From: an uncultured delta proteobacterium
GTDB lineage: Bacteria > Myxococcota_A > UBA9160 > UBA4427
Reading direction: 5' to 3'
Length of the DNA: 64,000 nucleotides
NCBI GenBank assembly: GCA_963822965.1
Contig: CAWGJT010000006.1
Location: 512,001 to 576,000, forward strand
In this document: positions 30,201-39,102 of the stretch, one piece after another
How positions within the stretch are numbered: position 1 is the first letter of the stretch
Layout of the letters: each line of letters opens with the position of its first letter
Program-made: the position numbers and the translations under genes
The notes under the pieces: model-generated
The model's database searches: none
Seen by the model: the letters and a program-made list of their open reading frames with translations, nothing else
What the model was told of the DNA's origin: nothing

Positions 30201-30266
30201 TGCGAGCACGGCGAAGAGGAAGAGGAGCGAGCGGGAGTGGCGGTGCGTCCAATCGGAGAAGTTCAT
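27213..30266 (-). CDS. RND efflux permease (AcrB/CzcA superfamily), in frame with the upstream MFP
   Basis: LPVSLFPQVSFPR, GLIIDDAIVMIE, GFMPVMDEGGF, RMRPIAMTT, QPLAIAIVSG; internal ATG at 30266. Confidence 0.9.
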   Translation of the reverse strand: MNFSDWTHRHSRSLLFLFAVLAAAGAMSSCQLPVSLFPQVSFPRVRIDLEAGDRPAERMVVEVTTPIEEAVRAIPGVRGVRSTTSRGSAQISVNFDWGQDMTSALLQAESEVNKVIPALPPGTSFDAERMDPTVFPVIAYSLTSNARPLTELRDLALYTLRPALTTVTGVSRIGVQGGRVEEFRVVADVAKLQSFGLTLADVAKALSASNVLTAVGRLEENDKLYLVISDTRFKNLEEISRTVLRSTPYGVVLLDDVAAVERSTQPQWIRVTADGRDAVLFQVYQQPGGNTVQIAEGVKAKLAELEKQLPADVRVANWYDQSDLIIASASSTRDAVLVGIALAALVLLVFLRDWKVTFIAILTVPAVLAATILLLSVLGMSFNIMTLGGMAAAVGLIIDDAIVMIEHIVRRVREGGEGGIRERVLAAATEFTRPLVGSSSATIIIFTPLAFLSGVTGAFFKALSLTMASSLVISFFLSLVGVPILAARLLTERDVREEGGRFSGPVPSLYERLMRVLFARPWLVLLFLVPLVGGGVLGFRNGATGFMPVMDEGGFILDYLSPPGTSLSETDRLLRRVEDILRATPDVQTYSRRTGLQLGGGISEANVGDFFVRLVPLPRRPIETIMEDVRTRVERTVPGLQIETAQLMEDLIGDLTSVPQPIEIKLYSNEESVLEQVGPAVAEAISKVDGVIEVKDGIVPAGDALNIEVNRVKAGLEGMDPDAITQAVGDFLGGAVTSGIQRGPKVIGVRVWIPQADRRTEADLGNLLLRAADGHLFPLKRVATLTPVIGQPEITRDDLKRMVAVTGRIAGRDLGSTVAEVKTVLSERGLLPDGVTFSLGGLYEQQQIAFRGLTIILVIAVALVFLLLLFLYETFRVAGAMLVTTLLAVAGVYLGLWVTGTEFNITSRMGMTMIIGIVTEVAIFYYSEYVELPASEERFIRAGANRMRPIAMTTFAAILALAPLALGIGEGSAMLQPLAIAIVSGLVFQLPLVLVVLPVLLQVSSRSPLFLVAASAS

Positions 30267-31340
30267 CGCGAGGTGGTCCACGGCCATGCCGTCCTCGAGC
30301 TCGGCGTTCCCCACCGTGACGACGAGATCGCCAGGCTCGAGGGCGTCGCCAAGGACCTCGGCTTCTCCGTCGGACACCACGCCGAGCCGGACCCGGTGGG
30401 CGACAGCCCGACCGTCGCGAACGGTGAACAGCTGCCACGCGTCGTCCTTCGGGAGGACGCTGGAGCGCGGAACCACGAGAGCGTCCTTCGATTCACGGGC
30501 GATGCTCGCCCGCAGGTATCCGTCGAGCATCAGGCCGCTGTCGGGCGGCAGGGACACATAGACGTCCACCAGGCGGGTCGCAGGATTGATGCGGCGAGTC
30601 ACGAGGCGCACCGTTCCACCGATCTCGCGGCTGGCCGGCTGGTTGACCGGAAGCAGGGCGACGCTCTGCCCGACCGAGACCGCGACGAGATCCTCCGGCT
30701 CGACGCCGATCTTCGCTTCGATCTCGTCGGTCGCGATGATCTCGACGAGCGCGGCCCCGCCCGCGACGAGCTGGCCGTCCTGCACCGCCACGTTGGCGAC
30801 GATTCCCTCGGAGGGCGCGCGGAGGAGGCCCGCCGTATCGGCGCCTTCGCGTTCCAGGCTCGCGAGCTGCAGCGCGGCCTGGGTGGCCGCCCTCTCGGCG
30901 GAGTTGAGATCCTGATTGGTGGCGAGCTTCAGGTCGAACCGCTCCTGGGTCTGCTTCAGCTCCTTCCGAGCGAGGTCCGCCGCGCTGCGCGCCTGGTTGA
31001 CCTGCAGCTGCGTGGAAGGACTGGCGGCGATCGCGAGCAGGGGGTCGCCCTTCTCGACCGGCTGACCGGGAGCGACGAGGACGTGGCTCACCCGTGCCTC
31101 GTAGGCGACCGAGGTCGTCTGGAGCTTCCCCGGTTGGGCGATGACGCTGCCGTAGGCGGTGACGGTCTCCGCGATCGTCTTGCGGCCCACCTTCACCGCC
31201 TCGACGAACGCGGTGGTCGCGTTCGATTCCGAGCCCGAGCCCGCGGGCGGCTCGGGCTCGGAGCACGCCGACCACCAGCCTACCGCGAGGACGACGCTGG
31301 CAATCGGGACCGCGAGGACAAGGATTCGGCGCGGGCTCAT
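30263..31340 (-). CDS. RND periplasmic adaptor (MFP); has no in-frame stop and reads into the permease
   Basis: N-terminal anchor, lipoyl-like VAPGQPVEKGDPLL and RAPSEGIV, VVPRSSV, GDLVVTVG; ATGA overlap with the tolC stop. Confidence 0.85.
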
Positions 31341-32728
31341 GAGTCGTGGATCTGCGGCAGATAGCGTCCGGAGGCGATCTCCAGGGCCACCCACGCTTCG
31401 ATCAGCTGCTGCTCGAGCTTGAGCAGCTCGACCTGGCGAAGGACGAGGTTGTAGCGAGTCTGGTAGTAGCTGATCACGTCCGTGTTTCCCTCGTCGAGGG
31501 CTGACTTCGCCGTCGTCACCAGTCGCTCGAGAGTCGGCACGGCTCTCGCCGCCTCGGCCACCTGGCGGTCGATCAGCCGGATGTCGGACAGCGCAGTCGC
31601 GATGTCGGAGTGAGCTCGAAAGACGCGGTCGGCGTATTCGTCGAAGAGCTTCTGGCGCGTCGCACGCTCGCTGGCGATCGTGCCTTGATTCCGATCGAAG
31701 AGGGGGAGGTCCAGGGTGACGCCGAAACCGACGGTCTGCACGTCGGACGTGTCCCCTGCGCGGTTGAAGCCGATGGAAATCCTCGGGAACTGGGCGAGGA
31801 TGGCCGCGCGCAGGTTGGCGTCCTCGCTCTCGTAGCCGGCCTTCAACGCGAGAAGATCGAGACGGTGGGTCTCCACTCCGGTCGTCAACTCGGACTCGGA
31901 CGGTGGTTCGAGCCGGGTCGGCAATCGGGGGGTCTCGATGCGGGCGGGCGTATCCGAGGGGAATCCCATCGCCCGATTCAGCGCGAGACGCTCCCGCGCC
32001 AGGTCCTGCTCGAGACCCAGGGCCGTCAGCCTCGCATCCTCGCTGGTGGACTCCGCCGCCGACAGATCGAGAACCGTCTTCTCGTGCCGCTCTACCGCCT
32101 CTTGGAGCGTGGCCACGTTCTCGCGCAACGCCCGGTCGGCCTCGTCCGCGGCAGCGAGCTGCGCTTCGAGCGACGCGACCTTGTAGACGGCGGTACGGGC
32201 TGCCTGCGCGGTCAGCCACTCCACCCACGCCACGTCGAGATCCACGGAACGGACGTTGGCGCGGGCGGCTTCGCCCCTCGTCGACAGCGTGACGAGCGAC
32301 GTCACGTCCCAGCTCGCCCCGAAGCCGAACGCCGTGACGGTGCCGGCCGTATTGCCCCCGACGACGTAGTCTCGACCGTAGGAGATCTGCGGGTTCGGCA
32401 GCACGCCCGCCTGGACGAGCTGCGCGGTCGCCAGTCCCCGCCGGTTGCGATCCGCCCGCAGCGTCGGATTGAGCAGTACGGCCAGCACCGCGGCCTCGTC
32501 TGGATTCACTCCGTCGCTGAGGTCGATCTCCATTGGACGGAGGATCGGATGCTCGATCTGCGAAGCGGCGACCCGCAGCACCGCGACCTCGGGAACCCGG
32601 AGACTCTCCTCGACTGCCGCCTCGGTGAGCGGTTTCGGATGGTAGATCGAGCAACCCGAAGACACGAGGAGGCAGCTTGCGGCCAGCCGGAGCGGGAATC
32701 GTGGAATTCGAGCCATTCTCGGGACCAT
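31337..32728 (-). CDS. TolC-family outer-membrane efflux lipoprotein
   Basis: Lipobox-like VSSGC, AVLLNPTL, LPNPQ, LPLFDRNQG; start uncertain (32728 or 32716). Confidence 0.85.
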   Translation of the reverse strand: MVPRMARIPRFPLRLAASCLLVSSGCSIYHPKPLTEAAVEESLRVPEVAVLRVAASQIEHPILRPMEIDLSDGVNPDEAAVLAVLLNPTLRADRNRRGLATAQLVQAGVLPNPQISYGRDYVVGGNTAGTVTAFGFGASWDVTSLVTLSTRGEAARANVRSVDLDVAWVEWLTAQAARTAVYKVASLEAQLAAADEADRALRENVATLQEAVERHEKTVLDLSAAESTSEDARLTALGLEQDLARERLALNRAMGFPSDTPARIETPRLPTRLEPPSESELTTGVETHRLDLLALKAGYESEDANLRAAILAQFPRISIGFNRAGDTSDVQTVGFGVTLDLPLFDRNQGTIASERATRQKLFDEYADRVFRAHSDIATALSDIRLIDRQVAEAARAVPTLERLVTTAKSALDEGNTDVISYYQTRYNLVLRQVELLKLEQQLIEAWVALEIASGRYLPQIHDS

Positions 32729-32826
32729 GAGGTCTGCCCAGGCTATGCAACGCCTCCCGCCGCGGCAAGCAGACGACGCGGCGATCGGGAATACTCCGCT
32801 CGGCGCCCTGCGCGGTCGGCCAAACA

Positions 32827-33008
32827 CCCCAATGCCTGACGAATCGCTGCGTCTTGCTCGGTCCGTGCCGCGATCCGAGCCCGACGCCAGGACCTCGTGG
32901 GAATGAGATTGTCGCGCTCAGGCTGGTTCCGCCGTTCTCGCGCGATCCGCGAGGGCTGGCACGCTCTGCTGCACGCGGGAAGCACACGGAAGGACGCATC
33001 GGGGCTAG
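32827..33008. repeat. 182-bp dispersed repeat, copy 1 (MITE-like)
   Basis: Ungapped match to 56686-56867 with about 17 mismatches by hand count; ends CCCCAATGC...GCATCGGGG-CTAG. Confidence 0.9.
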
Positions 33009-33173
33009 AGGCCCGGCCGGAAAGTGCGACCTGCATTCGAGCGCCCCCGCGGCGCCCTGGCTGCGTTCCGCTCCCGTCGCCGTAGCTTCGGCTACGCCTC
33101 GGTCGCGCGCCTTGCCAGGACGCCGCGGATGACGCTCTCGGTGCCGCGGTACACTTTCCGGCCGGGCCTCTAG
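33005..33173. repeat. 169-bp palindromic MITE/REP-like element
   Basis: Perfect 22-bp terminal inverted repeat CTAGAGGCCCGGCCGGAAAGTG / CACTTTCCGGCCGGGCCTCTAG; central CGTAGC-TTCG-GCTACG. Confidence 0.9.
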
Positions 33174-35023
33174 AGCCTACGGCTCTTCTCGAGCACGTCG
33201 GTCAGGTTCTTCACGATACGATTCCGCTGCTTCTCGTCGAGCCCCAGGATGTGCTCGAGGCCGACGGCCACCTGCGGGATGTACTTCTCGATGTAGGCGC
33301 GCTTCTTGGCCTCGTCGGCAGCCCGGCGCCCCTTGCGGATGTGGGTGGCGACCCGCCGGCCGCATTCCTGCAGACCGAGCCGCAGCTCCTTGATGATTTC
33401 GGGATAGTGGGCGATCGCCTCCTTGCTTTCGGACGTGAACGGCACCCACACGCTCGCGATGTGCACCATCACCAGGGCCGGACCCACGGGCAGCGCGCCC
33501 CGGGGCTGCTGGAGCTGGTAGGCGCGCCAGTCGGTCTGGACCACCGCCCGCGTGATCGCGCAGGCGCCCTGCTGGTACTGCAGGGGCACGCGGTTCGCGA
33601 AGCGGTAGAGGGTGATGGACTGCTCGGCGCCCATGTCGCCGCCGTAGGCGAGACCCACCTCGACGAGAAAGGGGTTGCCGCGATAGACGGCCGGCCGGCG
33701 GGTCACCGCAGCGTAGAAGTCCGCCTTCACCTCGGCCCGCAGGGCCCGCAGGATCAGGTCCTCGCCGATGGGCGCGATGCAGTCCGCGGGCGGGTTCATG
33801 ATCTTCGTCTTCTGGATCGCCCGGTGGATGCGTTCGGCCTCGTTGCGGGTCACGTCCCGCGGCCGCCGCTTCGACGACACCTCGGCGCGCGCGCAGATCT
33901 CCTCGGCGGTGCGCGCCGAAACCCGCGCGAAGTCGCCCTGGAGACAGGTCCTCACGTTGCGGGCCTTGGTGTCGCGCAGCATCTGCATCAGGACGCCGAG
34001 CTCCACACCGTAGGGATGGGGCTTGATCTCCGCCGTGAGGGGCGGCAGCTCCTTGGCGACGCGCGGAAACTCGATGGTGGGCTCCGAAGCGGCCGAGTCG
34101 CCGCCTCCTCCCGGCGCGGCTCCCTCCGCCGCCGGAGGCGCAACCGGCGGGACGTAGGTGATCTTCGCATGGGGGTTGGCGAGGGAGATCTGTCGAACGT
34201 AGGAGTCGACCGAGTGCTGCCCGCCGCGGTAGTTGCCTTCGAGCTCGATCTCCACCCGCGTGCCGTGGTCGACCGGCCAGGCCACGACCTTCTCGACCGA
34301 CACCCGCGGCTCGTTCTTCTGGGTATCGATCACCAGCTCGAAGTGGTGGGCGTCCTTCCGCTTGCCGGTCCGGGTCAGGATCTTGACGGGACGACCGGTC
34401 GTGATCAGCCCGTACATGCCCGCCGCGCTGATCCCGATGCCCTGCTGGCCCCGGCTCTGCCGCAGACGGTGGAACTTCGAGCCATAGAGGAGACGGCCGA
34501 AGATCTTCGGCACCTGGCCCCGCACGATGCCGGGACCGTTGTCCTCGATGGCGACGCGGAAGCGGGACTCGCCCTGCTGGGTGATCTCGACCCGGATGTC
34601 CGGCAGGATGCCCGCCTCCTCACAGGCGTCGAGGGAGTTGTCGACTCCCTCCTTGACGGTGGTGAGCAGGGCCTTCGAGGGATTGTCGAACCCCAGCAGG
34701 TGCCGGTTCTTGGCGAAGAACTCGGAGACCGAGATGTCGCGCTGCTTGCGGCCCTGCTCGACCGCATCGGCGTGATGTACGGGCTTCGGCGCGCGACGAA
34801 CCGCGGTGGCCTGGCGCGCGCCTTTTCGCTTCGCGGGCTTGCGGGTCGGCGGTCGCCTGCCGCCTGCCTGCCGCTTCGCCGGTTCCCGGGCCGGCTTCGC
34901 CTTCGCCTTCTTCTTCTTCTTCTTCTTCGACCTCTTCGGAGCTCTCGCCTTCGCGGCGGGCGCCCTGCGTTTGCGCCTCGTAGGCTCGCGCTTTTCGGGC
35001 TTTCGCGCGGAACGGGCCGCCAT
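33170..35023 (-). CDS. top6B: DNA topoisomerase VI subunit B with basic N-terminal extension
   Basis: [20 protein letters not shown] motifs [35 protein letters not shown]2TH domain, [20 protein letters not shown] with GGAGAGGA SD. Confidence 0.95.
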   Translation of the reverse strand: MAARSARKPEKREPTRRKRRAPAAKARAPKRSKKKKKKKAKAKPAREPAKRQAGGRRPPTRKPAKRKGARQATAVRRAPKPVHHADAVEQGRKQRDISVSEFFAKNRHLLGFDNPSKALLTTVKEGVDNSLDACEEAGILPDIRVEITQQGESRFRVAIEDNGPGIVRGQVPKIFGRLLYGSKFHRLRQSRGQQGIGISAAGMYGLITTGRPVKILTRTGKRKDAHHFELVIDTQKNEPRVSVEKVVAWPVDHGTRVEIELEGNYRGGQHSVDSYVRQISLANPHAKITYVPPVAPPAAEGAAPGGGGDSAASEPTIEFPRVAKELPPLTAEIKPHPYGVELGVLMQMLRDTKARNVRTCLQGDFARVSARTAEEICARAEVSSKRRPRDVTRNEAERIHRAIQKTKIMNPPADCIAPIGEDLILRALRAEVKADFYAAVTRRPAVYRGNPFLVEVGLAYGGDMGAEQSITLYRFANRVPLQYQQGACAITRAVVQTDWRAYQLQQPRGALPVGPALVMVHIASVWVPFTSESKEAIAHYPEIIKELRLGLQECGRRVATHIRKGRRAADEAKKRAYIEKYIPQVAVGLEHILGLDEKQRNRIVKNLTDVLEKSRRL

Positions 35024-35280
35024 CGTCCTCTCCCCCCGAGAGCAGCCCCCGATCATGCCCGATCGATCCCGGGCGTTCCAGCGAAGATCCTCGCGATCGA
35101 GTCCCGCGAACCGCGTGGCGATCGGCGCGGGACCGCGGACGGAACCCGCCTGCGCGGCGCCACCGATCCCTTGGGGGGGCGAGCTCCGCCCCTCGCGACC
35201 CGTGCCGAAAAGGAGCATGCTCTCGGGTCCCCGCTCGGAATAGAGGATCACACGACCCGAATCGCTCGAGGAGACTCGCT

Positions 35281-37350
35281 ATGCAGAACGTCGATCGCCG
35301 GAACACCCGCAACTTTGCGTTGATCGGTCATGCGGGTGACGGCAAGACGTCTCTGGGCGAAGCGATCCTGCACGCCGCCGGGGCCACCTCCGAGCTCGGG
35401 CGCGTGGACGCCGGCACCTCCGTGCTCAACTACCTGCCCGAGGAGCGAGACGGGCACACCGCGTCGATCTCGGCCCACATCTACGCGTTCGACTGGAACG
35501 GCAATCATCTCACCCTCGTCGACACTCCCGGCGACCGGAACTTCCAGGGCGACGGGCTCGTCGCCCTCCAGGCCGTCGACGGGGCGGTGCTGACCCTCTC
35601 CGCCGTCGACGGCATGAAGGTGGGCAGCGAGAAGATGCTCTCCGCGGCCCAGGATGCCGGCGTTTCGGTGCTGGTCTTCGTGAACGGCGTGGACCGGGAG
35701 CGCGCCGACTTCGCCACCACCCTCGCGTCGCTCGGCGATCTGGGCGTGCACCCCGCGGTCGTGGCCTTTCCCATGGGCGAGCACGAGTCCCTCTCCGGCG
35801 TGATCGACGTGCTCCACATGAAGGCCGTGACGTCCGACGGCACCGGCGAGATTCCCCCGGAGTACGCGGACGAGGCGGCGACCCGGCGGGAGCAGCTCAT
35901 GGAGAGCGTCGCCGAGTGCAACGACGAGATGCTGGAGCGCTACCTCGACGAGGGAGAGCTCAGCGAGGAGGAGCTGCGCAGCGGCCTCGTGCAGGGCGCC
36001 AAGGCGGGGCAGATCCTGCCCGTGCTGTGCGGGTCCGCGACGGCCGAGGTGGGCGTCGATCTCCTCCTCCGCGACCTGCTCGAGCTGCTCCCCTCACCCG
36101 TCGAGCGCGGCGAGTGGCCGGCCACGAACCTCGCCGACGGGAGCGAGGCGGCCGTGGCTCCCGATCCCGCCGGCACCTTCTCGGCCGTCGTGATGAAGAC
36201 GGTGATCGATCGCTACACCGGCACCCTCTCGGTCCTTCGCGTGGTCTCCGGCACCCTGCAGCCCGACGGCAGCGTCACCAACGCCACCACCGGGGAGAAG
36301 CTGCGCGTCGGCAAGCTGCTGGCGCTGCAGGGCGACAAGCACGTCGAGGTGGCCGAGGCGGGACCGGGAGACATCGTGGCGGTTGCGAAGCTCAAGGACA
36401 CCCACACCGGGAACGTCCTCACCGCCGAGAAGGGCGGCGTTCGCCTCGCGGAGCCGACGATTCCCCAGGGCGTCATCTCCTACGCGATCGAGGCGGCGTC
36501 CCAGAAGGACGAGGACAAGGTGTTCCAGTCGCTGCACCGCCTGTGCGAGGAGGACCCCTCCCTGCACGTCGGTCGCGAGCCCACCACCGGGGAGTTCCTG
36601 CTCACGGGCATGGGCGAGCTCCACGTCCGCACCACGGTCAAGAAGCTCGAGCGCATGTTCGAGGTGAAGATCGAGCTGCGCACCCCGAAGGTTCCCTACC
36701 GCGAGACGATCACGAAGCCCGTGCAGCACGTGGAGGGCAAGCTCAAGAAGCAGTCGGGCGGCGCCGGCATGTTCGGGGTCTGCTACCTGGACGTCGAGCC
36801 ACTGCCGCGGTCCGCCGGCTTCGAGTTCGAGGACAAGATCGTGGGCGGCGCGATCCCGCGGAACCTCATCCCCGCCGTCGAGAAGGGCGTCGTCGAGGCA
36901 CTGGCCCGCGGCCCCCTGGCCGGCTATCCGCTGGTCGACCTCCGCGTCCGCTGCGTCGACGGCAAGTACCACTCGGTCGACTCCAACGAGATGGCCTTCA
37001 AGCTGGCGGGCTCGTTCGGGCTCAAGACCGCCGTCGAGCAGGCGAGGCCGGTGCTCCTCGAGCCCTACATGAAGGTCGAGATCATGGTGCCGGACGACTC
37101 GGTGGGCGACATCATGGGCGACATCGCGAGCCGACGGGGCGTGGTGCAGACCACCGAGGTCCGCGGCAACACGAGCGTGGTGATCGCCAAGGTGCCCATG
37201 GCCGAGATGCTCGAATACGCCAGCACGCTCACCAGCCTCACCGGCGGCAAGGGCGAGTTCCACCTGGAGTTCTCGCACTACGACGTGGTTCCCGCGAAGA
37301 TCGCCGAGAAGCTCGTCGACGAGGCGCAGTCCGCCGGCGCCAAGGGCTAG
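35281..37350 (+). CDS. fusA: Elongation factor G paralogue (EF-G2-like) with non-canonical GTPase motifs
   Basis: Five-domain EF-G layout: GHAGDGKTS, DTPG, EEDPSL, GMGELH, VPYRETI, KKQSGG, HSVDSNEMAFK, LLEP; not in an rpsL-rpsG-tuf context. Confidence 0.9.
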   Translation: MQNVDRRNTRNFALIGHAGDGKTSLGEAILHAAGATSELGRVDAGTSVLNYLPEERDGHTASISAHIYAFDWNGNHLTLVDTPGDRNFQGDGLVALQAVDGAVLTLSAVDGMKVGSEKMLSAAQDAGVSVLVFVNGVDRERADFATTLASLGDLGVHPAVVAFPMGEHESLSGVIDVLHMKAVTSDGTGEIPPEYADEAATRREQLMESVAECNDEMLERYLDEGELSEEELRSGLVQGAKAGQILPVLCGSATAEVGVDLLLRDLLELLPSPVERGEWPATNLADGSEAAVAPDPAGTFSAVVMKTVIDRYTGTLSVLRVVSGTLQPDGSVTNATTGEKLRVGKLLALQGDKHVEVAEAGPGDIVAVAKLKDTHTGNVLTAEKGGVRLAEPTIPQGVISYAIEAASQKDEDKVFQSLHRLCEEDPSLHVGREPTTGEFLLTGMGELHVRTTVKKLERMFEVKIELRTPKVPYRETITKPVQHVEGKLKKQSGGAGMFGVCYLDVEPLPRSAGFEFEDKIVGGAIPRNLIPAVEKGVVEALARGPLAGYPLVDLRVRCVDGKYHSVDSNEMAFKLAGSFGLKTAVEQARPVLLEPYMKVEIMVPDDSVGDIMGDIASRRGVVQTTEVRGNTSVVIAKVPMAEMLEYASTLTSLTGGKGEFHLEFSHYDVVPAKIAEKLVDEAQSAGAKG

Positions 37351-37374
37351 GCCGCTCCCGCCCGGACTGGATCC

Positions 37375-38154
37375 ATGCCGACGTCCCCGCCTGCCGCCCA
37401 ACGCCTCGAAGGCAAGGTCGCGCTCGTCTCGGGCGCGGCGCGGGGCATGGGGGCCGCCGAGGCCCGGCTCTTCGCGGCGCACGGCGCCCGAGTGGTGCTG
37501 GGCGACATTCGGAAGGAGCCCGTGCAGCAGCTCGCCGACGAGCTCGCCGCCGCGGGACGCGAGGCCTTCGCCTGGCAGCTCGACGTGCGCGACGAGCGCT
37601 CGTGGCGCGCCGTCGTCGAAGCCGCCGAGCAGCGCTTCGGACGCCTGGACGTGCTCGTCAACAACGCCGGGATCGCCGATCCCGCCGGCATCGAGGACAC
37701 CAGCCGGGAACGATGGGACGAGATCGTCGCCGTGAACCAGACGGGCACCTGGCTCGGCATGAAGTCCGCCGTGCCCGCGATGCGCCGCGCGGGCGCCGGC
37801 TCGATCGTCAACGTCTCGTCCATCTACGGCATCGTGGGAAGCAGCGGCTCCGCCGCCTACCACGCCGCCAAGGGCGCCGTCCGCGTCCTCACCAAGCAGG
37901 CGGCGATCGAGTATGCGCCGGCGAAGATCCGGGTGAATTCGATCCATCCCGGATTCATCGACACGCCGATGCTCCGGGCCCCGTTCGAAGGCCGGCCGGA
38001 CGAGCTCGCGGGCGCGATCGCCGCGCTCACGCCCCTGGGTCGAGTGGGCACGCCGGAGGAGATCGCGAACGCGGCGTTGTTCCTCGCTTCCGACGAATCG
38101 TCGTTCGTGACCGGCGCCGAGCTGGTCGTGGACGGCGGCTACACGGCGCGCTGA
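37375..38154 (+). CDS. Short-chain dehydrogenase/reductase
   Basis: SGAARGMG, NNAG, YHAAK, NSIHPG. Confidence 0.92.
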   Translation: MPTSPPAAQRLEGKVALVSGAARGMGAAEARLFAAHGARVVLGDIRKEPVQQLADELAAAGREAFAWQLDVRDERSWRAVVEAAEQRFGRLDVLVNNAGIADPAGIEDTSRERWDEIVAVNQTGTWLGMKSAVPAMRRAGAGSIVNVSSIYGIVGSSGSAAYHAAKGAVRVLTKQAAIEYAPAKIRVNSIHPGFIDTPMLRAPFEGRPDELAGAIAALTPLGRVGTPEEIANAALFLASDESSFVTGAELVVDGGYTAR

Positions 38155-38166
38155 TCCGTCCGCCGC

Positions 38167-39102
38167 ATGCCCGACCTGCCCCTCGACACCCACCTGCACT
38201 TCGGGTTCATGACGGGGGTACGCGGCCCCGACGAGGCGCGCGCCGTCGCGGCGCTCGCCGATCGCCTGTCCTTCGACTCGCTCTGGGTCGGCGATCACGT
38301 GGCCTTCGCGATCCCGATCCTGGACCCCCTGCTGCAGCTCGCCCAGCTGGCCGCCTTCTCGCGCCGCGTGTGGCTCGGCACCAGCGTCTATCTGCTGCCG
38401 CTGCGCCATCCCGTTCCCACCGCGAAGCAGGTCGCCACGCTGGACGTGCTGTGCGGGGGCCGGCTGATCTTCGGCGTGGGTGTGGGGGGCGAGTTTCCCG
38501 GCGAGTACGCGGCCTGCGGCGTGCCCGTGCGCGAACGCGGCGCGAGGCTCGAAGAGGCGATTCCCCTGGTGCGGGCGCTGGTCCGCGGCGAGGCCGTCAC
38601 CGGCGACGGACGCTTCCATCCCTTCCCCGAGACGCGCCTGCTCCCGCCCTCGCCCCAGCCGCAGGGGCCACCCATCTGGTGCGGCGGCCGCTCGCCCGCG
38701 GCGCTCGCACGCGCGGGCCGCCTGGCGGACGGCTGGGTGTCCTACGTGGTCGAGCCCGACCGCTACCGTCAGGGGCTCGAGACCATCGCCGGGGTCGCCG
38801 AGCGGGCCGGCCGGCCGCTCGAGCGCTTCGACAGCGCGCACCTGCTCTTCCTCCGGATCGACGACGCGCGGGAGAAGTCGCTCGACGTCGCCACGAGCCA
38901 CCTCTCGCAGCGCTACGCGATGGACTTCCGCCGGGCGGCGGATCGCTACGCGGCCCTGGGAGCACCGGCGGACGTCGCCGAGCGCATCCACGCCTTCCGC
39001 GCGGCCGGCGTGCGGCACTTCATCCTGGATTGCGTGGGGCCGCCGTCCGACCGGGACGCGCAGCTCGAACGCTTCGCCGCCGAGGTGAGGCCGCTGCTGT
39101 GA
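38167..39102 (+). CDS. Luciferase-like (LLM) flavin/F420-dependent oxidoreductase
   Basis: FDSLWVGDH, LRHPVPTAKQVATLD, PPIWCGG, ADGW. Confidence 0.88.
   Translation: MPDLPLDTHLHFGFMTGVRGPDEARAVAALADRLSFDSLWVGDHVAFAIPILDPLLQLAQLAAFSRRVWLGTSVYLLPLRHPVPTAKQVATLDVLCGGRLIFGVGVGGEFPGEYAACGVPVRERGARLEEAIPLVRALVRGEAVTGDGRFHPFPETRLLPPSPQPQGPPIWCGGRSPAALARAGRLADGWVSYVVEPDRYRQGLETIAGVAERAGRPLERFDSAHLLFLRIDDAREKSLDVATSHLSQRYAMDFRRAADRYAALGAPADVAERIHAFRAAGVRHFILDCVGPPSDRDAQLERFAAEVRPLL

Noticed and set aside
27213..32999. 1928-aa ORF as one giant protein
   Set aside because: The first ~550 aa are an off-frame overlap of tolC and the repeat element; only 31340-27213 is coding
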